Notes: generated by a model not told the origin, from the sequence alone. Positions 30,272 to 40,699 are shown, numbered from the stretch's first letter. The stretch is 64,000 nt of DNA from Thermoanaerobaculia bacterium (GCA_963664405.1 OY761158.1:5952001-6016000); one strand, 5' to 3'. Numbers and translations are program-made.

Positions 30272-32572
30272 ATGATCGCTCCGCCGCGGTCCTTGCGGCG
30301 AAACGGTCTCGGTCGCACTGGCGTCTCAAGTATAGCCGCGGCCGATCCATATCCCTCACCTGCCTCAAACTCAGGGCTTCCCCTTACCTTGCGCCGTCCA
30401 AACCTTCTCCTTCTGCTCTTCGCCCTTTGGGTGTCAGATGTCGCCGCCTGGGGGCAGGAAGCTCCCTCTCGGCCGAGCATTCGCGCTCTGCGGATCTCGG
30501 AGCCCATCGTCCTGGATGGCGATCTGAGCGACGCTGCCTGGACAGCAGCCGAAGTCGGCGGAGACTTCGTGATGCGAGAGCCTTTCGATGGTGTCGCGGC
30601 CAGCGAGCAAACTGACTTTCGGGTGGTGTTCACGCCCTCGACGCTCTACTTCGGCGTGCAGGTCTTCGACTCGGAGCCCGACAAGATCATCGCCAAGGAG
30701 ATGGGTCGGGACAGCAGCCTTTTTCAGGACGACGGCATCGGAATCTTGATCGATACCTTCAACGACGATCGCAATGCCTACCTCTTCGAGACCAATATGA
30801 ACGGTGCCCGTAACGATGGGCTCATCACCGACGAGGGTCGTGACAACAACTTCAACTGGGACGGCGTTTGGCACGTGGCGGCGAAGCCCACCTCGACCGG
30901 ATGGATCGCGGAGATCGCGATCCCCTTCTCCACGCTTCGCTTCAACCGAAAGGTGGACACCTGGGGGCTCAACATTCGGCGCCGCGTCAAGCGTAAGGGC
31001 GAGGAGAGCTCCTGGGCACCGATCGCCAGACAGTTCTCTTTCTTCCGTGTTTCTGTGGCCGGAGACCTGGTCGGTCTCAGCGGCTTGAAGGCGCCTTCGC
31101 GGCAGCTGGACATCAAGCCCTTCGTGGTGACTTCCGCGAACGAAGACCACTCCTCGGGTACGAAGATCAATGAGGACGAAGTGGACGTGGGCCTCGATAT
31201 CAAATGGGGGGTCACCAAGGGCCTTGCTCTGGATCTGACGCTGAACACCGACTTCGCCGAGACTGAAGTCGACGACCAGCGCGTCAACCTCACGCGGTTT
31301 TCTTTGTTCTTTCCGGAGAAGCGAGAGTTCTTCCTCGAGAACGCCGGCATCTTCGAGTTCGGTCTCGTTGAGCGCGGTTTCGGAACTCCACTGATCAAGA
31401 TCTTCCACTCTCGTCGCATCGGCCTTTCGGGGGGAGAAGAGGTGCCGATCCTGGGCGGGGCTCGCCTCACCGGAAGAGTGGGCAGGTGGAACCTTGGAGT
31501 TCTCGATGTCGTCACCGACGAAGAGACCTTCGACGACGGTGATGTCGCCGCTGGCGCGAACTTCGCGGTGGTTCGCCTCAAGCGCAACGTCGGGGAGCGC
31601 TCGAGCGTCGGCTTCATCTTCACCGATCGGAACGATGAAGGCCCCCTTTTCAACCGGGTGTACGGTGTCGACGCCGACTTCAAAGTCACACAGAAGATCG
31701 AAACCAGCGCCTTTCTCGTGGCCAACGAGGACGTGGATTTCGCCGGCAGCGAGTGGGCGGGCGGCGCCGCCTTCGGCTTTCGCGGCCGCGAGCTTCGCTT
31801 CGCTCTCGATCTTCTCGAAGCCAGCGAGCTCTTCAATCCACGCATGGGGTTCTTGCGCAGAACGGATTTCCAGCAGGTGAATCCCTCGATGAAATGGCGG
31901 CCACGAATCGACAAGCACGGTATTCGGAATCTGAGAACAAGCGTGGAGATGGACTACTTCTCCCGATCCAGCGACGGTGTTATGGAGACGAGAGAGCTCC
32001 GGCTGAGCCCATTCGGCTTCGAGACCACGCGCGATAAGCGCATCGAGCTCACGACCGAGGTCAATGCCGAGCGCCTCTTCGAACCCTTCGACATTCAGGA
32101 GGGGATAGTGGTACCCCCTGGACGCTACGAATTCCATCGCTGGGAGCTCGACGGCCGCACCCGTTCGAGTGCCCCTCTCTCCGTGCGCGGGAAGGTGTCG
32201 GTGGGCGAGTTCTTCGATGGCGACAGGCTGAGCACGAGCGCCTCGCTCGACGCCCGGGTCTCACGCTTCTTCGGTGCCCGCACCAGCTTCAACTACGACG
32301 ACGTCGATCTTCCGGGAGGAGACTTCATTACTCGCCTCTTTAGCCAGCGTCTGGACTTCGCCTTCACCCCCGACCTCGTCGCCAACGCTTTCGCTCAGTT
32401 CAACGAAGCGGCAGAGCTGGTGTCGATGAATCTGCGCTTCAACTGGATCTATCGGCCCGGGGCCGACCTCTTCGTGGTCTACAACGAGAACTGGAACGCT
32501 CCGACCTTCAGCTCCCGCGACACCCTTGGGCGCACACTCACCGTCAAGTTCACGTATCTGTGGCAGAGCTAG
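30272..32572 (+). CDS. CBM9-like/DUF5916-type outer membrane protein
   Basis: LDGDLSDAAW, WIAEIAIPFSTLRF and NTDFAETEVDD..FFPEKREFFLE motifs; C-terminal barrel. Confidence 0.8.
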   Translation: MIAPPRSLRRNGLGRTGVSSIAAADPYPSPASNSGLPLTLRRPNLLLLLFALWVSDVAAWGQEAPSRPSIRALRISEPIVLDGDLSDAAWTAAEVGGDFVMREPFDGVAASEQTDFRVVFTPSTLYFGVQVFDSEPDKIIAKEMGRDSSLFQDDGIGILIDTFNDDRNAYLFETNMNGARNDGLITDEGRDNNFNWDGVWHVAAKPTSTGWIAEIAIPFSTLRFNRKVDTWGLNIRRRVKRKGEESSWAPIARQFSFFRVSVAGDLVGLSGLKAPSRQLDIKPFVVTSANEDHSSGTKINEDEVDVGLDIKWGVTKGLALDLTLNTDFAETEVDDQRVNLTRFSLFFPEKREFFLENAGIFEFGLVERGFGTPLIKIFHSRRIGLSGGEEVPILGGARLTGRVGRWNLGVLDVVTDEETFDDGDVAAGANFAVVRLKRNVGERSSVGFIFTDRNDEGPLFNRVYGVDADFKVTQKIETSAFLVANEDVDFAGSEWAGGAAFGFRGRELRFALDLLEASELFNPRMGFLRRTDFQQVNPSMKWRPRIDKHGIRNLRTSVEMDYFSRSSDGVMETRELRLSPFGFETTRDKRIELTTEVNAERLFEPFDIQEGIVVPPGRYEFHRWELDGRTRSSAPLSVRGKVSVGEFFDGDRLSTSASLDARVSRFFGARTSFNYDDVDLPGGDFITRLFSQRLDFAFTPDLVANAFAQFNEAAELVSMNLRFNWIYRPGADLFVVYNENWNAPTFSSRDTLGRTLTVKFTYLWQS

Positions 32573-32689
32573 CTTTCAGAAATGATGAATATCATTTCCG
32601 AAAGCTAGTTTCTGTTTGGCGCCGAGGACGGCGCACTTAGGCGTTGCTTCTTATTCGCTCTGGGAAACGGCTCTGGCCGAATACTCGGA
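32569..32689. repeat. Extended REP-like unit, interrupted at its 3' end by an IS1111-type end
   Basis: 40-bp palindrome at 32569-32608, second hairpin, and a tail homologous to 18568-18689. Confidence 0.85.
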
Positions 32690-32922
32690 TGATGAAATGG
32701 ACTCCCTGGCGACTTCGATCGGCATCTGTGTGCCGCGGGTCGCCCAAACCGAAACTCTAGTACTGGAAGGGAGCCCCATGAAGCATACCGTTATCGGTGT
32801 CGACCTGGCCAAGGATGTGTTCGAGATCGCCGTGTCGCATGAGCCGGGAAAGGTGGCGGACCGGCATCGAGTCCGAAGAGCTGGCTTTTTGTCTTTCTTC
32901 GCACAACGCAAGCCCACGACGA
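32690..32922 (+). mobile_element. IS110 family (IS1111 group) left end and truncated transposase
   Basis: tgatgaa-ATGGACTCCC (7 nt, then a subterminal IR-like motif); RBS; ATG at 32778 giving MKHTVIGVDLAKDVFEIAV (IS110 GxDxxK motif). Only about 48 codons remain. Confidence 0.75.
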
Positions 32923-33593
32923 TTGAGCTACCGGTGCCGTTTGGCCCCAAGGCCCGCCTAGTACAGATCCACCTCGATACCGAAGCCATACGAACCCAGT
33001 GCCCCGAAATCGAAGTTGAAGACAGCATGACAGCCTTCGCTTCAAGCATTCTGGGATACGAACCCAACGGTCGGGAGCTTCGCGCCCTGAAAACACAGCT
33101 TGGTTCCCTTTCAGCCGCCACCATTCGCATAGCCAACACCGGGGATAAGCCGTTCCAGATCCAAACACACATCGTCTCAGCTTTCGACATCTGGTTTCCG
33201 AAGGACGCGAACCAGCGTGTTCTATGGCCCTCCGTGATCAAGCTCAGCTCTGACTACTACCAAACACTGATTGACCACGCCGTACCGCTCGATCCTCGCG
33301 CCGTTGCTGCTCTTTCCCACAGCGCAATGGGTCTCAGCATCTATTCGTGGCTGGCGCAGCGCCTGTGCCGCGTCAACCACAAACGCTCCTCTTTCGTTGC
33401 ATGGGCCAACCTTTGGGAGCAGTTCGGCCCGAACTACAAGAAGATCTTTAAGTTCCGCCAGGTCTTCAACGTCGCCCTGAAACAAGTGCTCAGCCAGTAC
33501 CCGCACGCAGAAGTCACTGTCAACGCGCACCGGGGCCTCACCCTTCATCATTCGCGGCCACCGATCGAGCGCGTTGCCTTGGTCCGTCAATAA
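32923..33593 (+). pseudogene. repA: IncW/pSa-type replication initiator RepA (RepA_C family), N-terminus missing
   Basis: VPFGPKARL..TEAIRT, LWPSVIKLS, VPLD..AL..S.MGLSIYSWL and W..L..QFG..Y motifs. Fused in frame to the IS110 fragment. Confidence 0.8.
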
Positions 33594-33617
33594 GCCCTAA
33601 TGAACACAGGCTTTTTC

Positions 33618-33806
33618 CACGGGCACTTTGGTAGACCCCCTGTGGCCAAGCCTGTGAATACACGCTTTTTTCCACGGGCACTTTGGTAGATCGCGCACGG
33701 GCACTTTGGTATAAGTTCGCCCTTTGTTCACGGGCACTTTGGTAGACAAACCTTTATCTAATCCCTATAGCTCTTTCCTGTAGTAGCCTCCCCCCCCTGT
33801 GGATAA
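33618..33806. promoter_or_regulatory. Plasmid oriV: four iterons and a DnaA box
   Basis: CACGGGCACTTTGGTA at 33618, 33673, 33696 and 33729; short AT-rich stretch; TGTGGATAA (DnaA box consensus) at 33798-33806. Confidence 0.85.
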
Positions 33807-34149
33807 TTCCCACTCCAACCACCCAAACGAACCTACCCTTCCGCTCGCAAGCTCGCTGCGCCCCACACCCGAGGCGTGGCCTTTCAATGGAGGACGGCAC
33901 AGAATCCGTTGACTTTTCTTCCTGAACCTTATCGCCGCTATTCGCGACGAACGCTTCCATTGCTCGGCAGAGGGGTTGCTGAACGGCAAGATTACAGAAG
34001 AAGAAACCCGAAGCCACGTAAGGCCGGAAAGACGCAAGATCTGTGCCAAGGTCCAACCTAAACGACAATCGGAAAGATCAAACCCACGACCACCGGAGAA
34101 GTGGGGGAGCCGGAGAAGACGAGTTTCTCCTTGTTCCGGTTCCGCCACC

Positions 34150-34583
34150 GTGTCACCAATAGATCATGACCGACCAGATCACCATTACCTTCCGGTCCTT
34201 GAAGAAGCGCGAGAAGAAGGATTTTTCGATCCGTGCCGGTCCCTCCAGAAGTATCTGGACGGCCTCGACATGCTCCACGGCATCAGGGAAGCCCAGAAGA
34301 AGCGCAACCAGCAGGAGGAGCAGCCCCCGCTATGAAACTGGTCACGCTCGACAGCAGCACGCCGGATCAAAGACGTGATGCTCGCCGCCGATCTTCCACC
34401 AGGACCACACCGCACCGCCAAGGGCTTGCGGCACGGCTACGGCATTGCAGCGATCAGCAAAGGTGTACCCCTGAACAATACTGCAGGAGTGCCTTGGACA
34501 CGCCAACATAGAAACCACAGCTATCTACGCCAACACAACGGGAAAAGGAGCGATACGCGATCGTCGCCCGAATGTGGGAATGA
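34150..34583 (+). pseudogene. Plasmid-type tyrosine recombinase, disrupted
   Basis: Across frames: ITFRSLKKR, LDMLHGIREAQ, in-frame TGA in PL*NWSR, KGLRHGYG, LGHANIETTAIY, ARMWE. Confidence 0.8.
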
Positions 34584-34806
34584 TCCGGTCCTACCGTCCC
34601 AACGCTCTCTTGGCCACGGCAACCACTTCCTCACAATCGGCAGGCAGAGCAACCCGCACCCCGTAGACCTGTTTGCCGCTTGTATCCTCCAGCTCCACAA
34701 TACACAGAGCCTTCTTCGGCCCCGACACGATCAAGCATGATCCTCAGATCGGCAAACACTGCGGCGAAAGCGTCCCCTACGTCCATAGCATCCTGATCCA
34801 CCGCAC

Positions 34807-35144
34807 CTACCCCTTGTCGATCAGAAAATCTTCGCGCTTCTTACCCGCCGCCTCCTGATCCACCAGCCAGCGCGGGGATTTTCCCCGACCAGACCAGGTT
34901 TCCTCCGCATTCGCCGGGTTGCGATATTTAGCAGCCACAGTTTTACGCGAACTTGGGTGCTTCGCAGGCGAGCCAAACAGATCAGCGAGCGTATAACCAT
35001 ACTTCGCCGCTACAGTCCTAAGCTATTTTCTTCGCGTTCTTCCTGTTCTCGTTCTCTACCGCCTTCTTTTGTTTGTCGATGTCCTTTTTCAGATCATCGA
35101 GTTCGGTGTAACTCAGGGAAGAAGTAAATATCCGGCTTGGCCAT
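34807..35144 (-). pseudogene. hns: H-NS family DNA-binding protein, disrupted (absent from the ORF track)
   Basis: RBS and ATG at 35144; KYGYTLADLFG..VAAKYRNPANAEETWSGRGKSPRWL (TWxGxG signature). Frameshift and stop in the N-terminal part. Confidence 0.8.
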
Positions 35145-35743
35145 TTTCGCTACCTCCGCTCAAGTGAAACGAGAAAATCTCGCGTACCGCGCGATCCTAA
35201 CACCTTCTTTTCCCCGGATTTCAAGCCCGACACGGACGGCCTACCCGGACGCGGAAGTGCAGCCCAGCACACCGCGCGAAATCCGCGCTCACCTTGTACG
35301 CCTGAAAAACACCAATCACCACCCCCCAAGGTCCAAAAATCGCCGCGATGAAAGCCCCCCTCCAGAACTCTCCAAACGGGATCTACCGAGCCAGGAAGAC
35401 GAGTAGCGGAAGAGCTCACCTGCGCTCCCCCTTATATGCAAAGAACTGAACAACTCCCAACCGAACAACTCTCTCGGGGTCTCTTGTTCGGAAAACGCGC
35501 CGTTCAGGATGCGTCGAGAATCATCGGTCAGTGCAAGGAAAGTTGAGCGTCGCTGACCGGTCCGGGCTTGTCTCGGGTGAAGTCTCACGGTTATGGGCGC
35601 GTAGAGACGCGACACAATTATGAACATTCCGAATGCAGCGAAGACGGTGCCCGGCCCCAATCGTCTCAGCACGATTTTCGCGTTGTTCCACTCTGCTTCC
35701 ATCGTGCCTCCATCCTCGGGAAAGATCCCCCGCAATAAGAAGG

Positions 35744-37107
35744 GGATCCGTCCCGAATGCTGTGGAAATTGAGAATGGCGTAACCTCCTAGTGGTCAAAC
35801 ACATCGCCGGTTAGGGCGAACGGAGGATTACGCCATGGTGGAGAATATCAACGAGGAAGGGGAAGCTGCACGCTTCCGTCAGGACATTCGTTCGTTGTTA
35901 CGCGAGCGTGTTCGTGCGGCGATCGAGATCACACTCGAGGAAGAGCTGTCCGAGGCGCTGGGCTGCAGCGCCTACGAGCGTTCAGGCGAGCGTGCGGGCT
36001 ATCGCAACGGCAAGCAGCGTCGTCTGATCACGACGGCGTGTGGGTCGAAGGAACTGGACATTCCACGAGGACGGCTAGTCGGCGAGGATGGGGCCAGCGT
36101 AGAGTTTCGCAGTGCGATCGTGCCGCGTTACGCTCGTCGTACGCAGGAGGTCGATGACGCGATCCTGGGTGCGTATCTGGCTGGCGCTAACAGCCGCCGG
36201 ATCAAGAAGGCATTGGCTCCGCTGCTGGGTGAGGAGCACCTGTCCAAGAGCGCAGTTTCGCGTGTGGTGTCTCGGCTGAAGGAGCTTTTTGCTCGCTGGA
36301 GTGAGCGCGATCTGTCGGAGGAGTCCTACGTGCTTCTGTTTCTCGATGGCTTTCACCTGAAGGTCCGCTTGGCCCGTCGAGTGGTCTCGGTACCGGTGCT
36401 GGTGGTGCTGGGTGTGACTCCGGACGGCACCAAGGTGCTGGTGGCCTTACGTTTAGCCGCGAGCGAGGCCGCCGAGCACTGGAAGTGGCTGATCGAGGAT
36501 CTGAAGGCCCGAGGTCTTCAGGCTCCGCGCTACCTGGTCACGGATGGCCACAAAGGGCTGGCCGCGGCGCTGAAGGCTTGGCCTGAGGTCAAAGTCCAGC
36601 GCTGCGTCCAACACAAGTGGGAGAATCTGAAGAAACACTGCCCGGTGCACGCACACGACGAGCTGCGGCGTGACTGGCACTCGATCGTACGAGCCGAGGA
36701 CGCGGCACAGGCCCGCAAGGCCTACGCGGCGTTCGTCACCAAGTGGTCGCGACTAGTCCCGGCGGTGGCTCGCAGCCTTGAGGAGGCAGGGTTCCAGCTA
36801 CTGACCTTCTACGAGCTCCCCAAATCGCTGTGGAGTTCGGTGCGCACGACCAACGCTCTGGAGAACCTGAACCGCGAGTTTCGTCGCCGCACTAAAACCC
36901 AGGGCTCCTTTGCCACCGAGGCTGCCGGCGTCACGCTCCTCTGGGGGCTCGTCGCCTTCGGGCAGATACACCTGCGAAGGATTAACGGCTACCGGGCGCT
37001 TCAGCTCCTGCTCGAGGTTGAGAGGGCCGCGTAAACGGTAGGATTTAGCAAAAGACGACTCGGAGGACTACGCCTGAACCCATTTCCACAAAAAACGGGA
37101 CACATCC
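35744..37107 (+). mobile_element. IS256 family element A, intact
   Basis: IRs ggatccgtcccgaatgctgtggaaat / ggatgtgtcccgttttttgtggaaat. 8-bp TSD TAAGAAGG at 35736-35743 and 37108-37115. Confidence 0.92.
35835..37034 (+). CDS. IS256 family (Mutator-type) transposase
   Basis: YRNG, LFLDG, VTDG, QRCVQH and TTNALENLNREFRRR motifs. Confidence 0.93.
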   Translation: MVENINEEGEAARFRQDIRSLLRERVRAAIEITLEEELSEALGCSAYERSGERAGYRNGKQRRLITTACGSKELDIPRGRLVGEDGASVEFRSAIVPRYARRTQEVDDAILGAYLAGANSRRIKKALAPLLGEEHLSKSAVSRVVSRLKELFARWSERDLSEESYVLLFLDGFHLKVRLARRVVSVPVLVVLGVTPDGTKVLVALRLAASEAAEHWKWLIEDLKARGLQAPRYLVTDGHKGLAAALKAWPEVKVQRCVQHKWENLKKHCPVHAHDELRRDWHSIVRAEDAAQARKAYAAFVTKWSRLVPAVARSLEEAGFQLLTFYELPKSLWSSVRTTNALENLNREFRRRTKTQGSFATEAAGVTLLWGLVAFGQIHLRRINGYRALQLLLEVERAA

Positions 37108-37465
37108 TAAGAAGGCGGTAGCCCATGAAGCCGAAGCTCAGGCCAACGGCGAGGACAGCGAGGACAGCTACTCTTTCGAGCACGATGATGGCAAGGTCTG
37201 ACATTCCCCCTACGCTGCCGCCTTGAGCACTCGGCGCACGTACTCGAACCGCCACGGTGAGCCGTTGCGGGTGGTGAAGCCCTGCTGGTTGAGCTCGGCG
37301 GCGATGGTGCGCCGGGCGTGACCTTGGCCTCGGAGCAGAGGCGGCGGGGGATCCGCCGCCGATCCAGGCCGATCCCTTCAAAAAAAATTGGGCCTTGTTA
37401 ACAAATCCGGATAAGTATATTAGTGTGACTCGCAGGTTTTGTTAAAAGAACATTAGGAGAGCATC

Positions 37466-40450
37466 ATGCGGAAAATCGTCACCATGGGCATTGTGTTGCT
37501 ATTGAGCGTGTCGGCCAGTGTATTGGCCCAGGAAAACTCCACCTTGAGCGGGGTCGTGATCGACACCACCGGGGCCTTCATCCCCGGCGCCGAAGTCACG
37601 GCGGTCCAGGACGCCACCGGGATGGCCACAACACGGGTAACGGATGGAATCGGCAGGTACGAGTTCGCCCTGCAACCCGGGCTCTACACCCTCACAGCGG
37701 TGACGCCCGGTTTTCAAGCGGACATCCGCAACAATGTTGAATTGATGCCAGGCCAACCGGTCCAGATGAATTTCACCCTTGAGATCAGCGCGGTCGACAT
37801 GACTCTCGTCGTCGTCGGCAGCCGCGCGAAGCCGCGATCGGTCACCAAGTCGGCCGTGCCGGTCGATGTCATCCGGGCTGAGGACTTCACCCGCCAGGGC
37901 AGTACCGACCTGGCAAATCAGTTGCGGGCCGTCGTTCCCTCCTTCAGCGTGAGCATTCAGCCGATCAGCGACGCGGCGACCATCGTCCGGCCGGCGAACC
38001 TGCGCAACCTGGCGCCCGATCACACGCTGATCCTGGTCAACGGCAAGCGCCGTCACCGCGCGGCGGTCATCACTTGGCTCGGCAACGGTATCGCGGACGG
38101 CTCGCAGGGACCGGACCTCTCCGTCATTCCCTCGATTGCAATCCGGCAGGCCGAGGTGCTGCGCGACGGGGCGGCGGCGCAGTACGGCTCGGACGCCATC
38201 GCCGGCGTCATAAACTTCCAGCTCAAGGATTCCCGATCGGGCGGCAGCCTGGAGTTCCGCACGGGAGCCTACCGCAATGCGAACCCGGGCAGCCCGTCAA
38301 CGTGCGGGGCGGGCATCAGCGGTGACATCCAGCATTCCTGCAACGGGATCGGCGGACATGGGCAGGCGTTCACCTTCGCCGGGAATGTTGGGCTGCCGCT
38401 CGGCTCGGCTGGGTTCGTGAACCTCAGCATGGAGGCCGGCAGCGCCAACCCGACCAATCGCAGCATTCAGCGTGAGGATGCGCAGGCCATCATCATGGCT
38501 GGCAATACGAACCTGCGCAACCCGGCGCAGATCTGGGGAGCGCCCAAACTCGACGGCGACCTGAAGCTCTTCGGCAACTTCGGCTATCCGTTCGAGAACG
38601 GATTGCAGGTCTACGCCCACACCAACTTCGCGAAACGCACAGTAACCGGCGGCTTCTACTTCCGGAATCCGCATACCCGCGGCGGGGTCTTCCGGGGCAA
38701 CAGACTCCACCCCATCTCTCGCCTCAACGTATACGACAAAGACGGCAAGTTCACGAACTTCCCCGACCCCAAAGACCGTGACGCCATCGTATACGATGCA
38801 AACGGCCAAGTTGCACACCTCCCGGGGCAGGCCGGCATCCCGTCGCTCCTCGTGGGCGACCGGGTCTGGGCTGAGACCGACGTTCAGGAAGCTGGCGGCT
38901 GCGCCACGATTCCGGTCATCAACCACGTCCCCGATGCAGCCGCCCTGCAGCAGGTCGCGGCCGACCCGAACTGCTTCACACTCTACAGCCGGTTCCCCGG
39001 CGGTTTCACGCCGCAATTCGGCGGCGACCTCATCGATTATTCGGTGGTCAGCGGACTGCGCGGGTTCATGAGCAACGGCCTCATCTGGGACGCCAGCATC
39101 AACTTCGGCACCAGCAAGGTCGATCAGTTCATCTTCGATACGGTCAACGCGTCGGTCGGCTACGACACACCGACGTCGTTCGATCCCGGCATCTACCAGC
39201 AGGACGAACTCAACCTCAACTTCGACGTCTCCTACCAGGTCAACGATATCCTGCACGCCGCGGGGGGCACCGAGTGGCGCCAGGAAGAATTCACGATCGG
39301 CGCGGGCGGTCAACCGTCGTGGGAGATCGGGCCCTATGCCGCACAGGGCTTCAGTTCCGGTTCGAACGGCTTCAACGGCTACCGGGCCGACACGACGGCG
39401 GGCAGTTGGAGCCGCAGCAACGTTGCGGCCTACGGCGACCTCGAGTTCAGCGCCCCGGATGGCCAGTGGACGCTCGGCACGGCTCTCCGGCTCGAGAGAT
39501 TCAGTGACTTCGGCCTGACGACGAACGGCAAGGTCTCGGCGCGCGTCGAGTTGACCGACACGCTCGCGCTGCGCGGCGCAGTGAGCAGCGGGTTCCGCGC
39601 GCCGACCCCGGGACAGCAGAACGCGTTCAACGTGACGACCGCGTTCGTCGGCGGGCAGTTGGTCAACCAGGGCGTCGTCCCGTCCACATCCGCGGTGGCC
39701 GTCGCGAGAGGCGGCGAGGCGCTCCAGCCGGAAAAATCAATCAACTACAGCGGGGGAGCGGTCATCGAGCGGGGCCCGTTCACTTTCACCGTCGACTACT
39801 TCCGAATCGACATCGCCGATCGTGTCGCCCTGGCGCAGGAAATCAAACTGACGGAGCCAGAGATTCTGACGCTGCTCGCGGAAGGAATCCCCGAGGCGCG
39901 GAATTTTCCGGTGTTCCGGTTCTTCCTGAACGACTTCTCGACCACTACCCAGGGCATCGACCTGATTTCGACCCTGGTGGTCGGGCGCACAACATTCAGC
40001 GGGGTCTTCAACTACACGGACACGGCGCTCAAGAACGTCGAATCCTCCGTGATCGATGAATTCCGCATCAATACACTGGAACGGGGACTGCCGACGACCC
40101 GCTGGAACTTCACCGTCAACCATGACGCCGACCGGTGGAGCCTGATGGGCCGGGTAAACTACTACGGCTCATACTGGGACAGCGAGGATGGACGGAATGC
40201 GAAAGATGTGGGCTTCGCGACCGAGTCCTGGCTGTATCCGGCCTACGGCGGCAAGGCGCTGCTCGACGTCGAGCTCGGCATTCCATTCGGAGAGAATATC
40301 ACGCTGGCGGTCGGTGCTGAAAACCTGCTCAACACGTACCCCGACGTGAACATGTTCGGCGCCAATACGGTCGGCAATCAGTACGGCCAGTTCTCGCCGT
40401 TCGGCTTCAATGGCGCCTACTACTACACCCGTCTCGGCTATTCCTTCTGA
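37466..40450 (+). CDS. TonB-dependent receptor
   Basis: Signal peptide, carboxypeptidase regulatory-like domain, plug LVNGKRRH..EVLRDGAAAQYGSDAIAGVIN, terminal Phe. Confidence 0.93.
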   Translation: MRKIVTMGIVLLLSVSASVLAQENSTLSGVVIDTTGAFIPGAEVTAVQDATGMATTRVTDGIGRYEFALQPGLYTLTAVTPGFQADIRNNVELMPGQPVQMNFTLEISAVDMTLVVVGSRAKPRSVTKSAVPVDVIRAEDFTRQGSTDLANQLRAVVPSFSVSIQPISDAATIVRPANLRNLAPDHTLILVNGKRRHRAAVITWLGNGIADGSQGPDLSVIPSIAIRQAEVLRDGAAAQYGSDAIAGVINFQLKDSRSGGSLEFRTGAYRNANPGSPSTCGAGISGDIQHSCNGIGGHGQAFTFAGNVGLPLGSAGFVNLSMEAGSANPTNRSIQREDAQAIIMAGNTNLRNPAQIWGAPKLDGDLKLFGNFGYPFENGLQVYAHTNFAKRTVTGGFYFRNPHTRGGVFRGNRLHPISRLNVYDKDGKFTNFPDPKDRDAIVYDANGQVAHLPGQAGIPSLLVGDRVWAETDVQEAGGCATIPVINHVPDAAALQQVAADPNCFTLYSRFPGGFTPQFGGDLIDYSVVSGLRGFMSNGLIWDASINFGTSKVDQFIFDTVNASVGYDTPTSFDPGIYQQDELNLNFDVSYQVNDILHAAGGTEWRQEEFTIGAGGQPSWEIGPYAAQGFSSGSNGFNGYRADTTAGSWSRSNVAAYGDLEFSAPDGQWTLGTALRLERFSDFGLTTNGKVSARVELTDTLALRGAVSSGFRAPTPGQQNAFNVTTAFVGGQLVNQGVVPSTSAVAVARGGEALQPEKSINYSGGAVIERGPFTFTVDYFRIDIADRVALAQEIKLTEPEILTLLAEGIPEARNFPVFRFFLNDFSTTTQGIDLISTLVVGRTTFSGVFNYTDTALKNVESSVIDEFRINTLERGLPTTRWNFTVNHDADRWSLMGRVNYYGSYWDSEDGRNAKDVGFATESWLYPAYGGKALLDVELGIPFGENITLAVGAENLLNTYPDVNMFGANTVGNQYGQFSPFGFNGAYYYTRLGYSF

Positions 40451-40699
40451 GCGGAGGATTGCCTGAAGATATGTTGGGGATTATGGCATTGTCACGTTAA
40501 GGAGAAGGATCTCGCAGAGTCCCGCGAGGCAGGAGGTTCGTCGTCGCGCGGATCTACCCGAGCGGGATTCTGCTAGACCTGGCTTGAGCGGAGGCCGCCA
40601 GGCAGGCGTTCGTGTATGGGGATCTCAGCGTCGTAGGCAGGCTGTGCTGCGCGCGATGGGCCACAGTGAGGGGATGGTGCGGCGTTTTTTCGGTGCCCA

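Larger units (their letters stand above)
35560..37204 (-). pseudogene. Small membrane-protein gene split by IS256
   Basis: MSDLAIIVLERVAVL..GYRLL on one side and GIFPEDGG..LGPGTVFAAFG on the other, joined across the target duplication. Confidence 0.55.

Noticed and set aside
32616-33593. A single 325-aa novel gene
   Set aside because: It is a composite of translated repeat sequence, an IS110 fragment and a RepA fragment.
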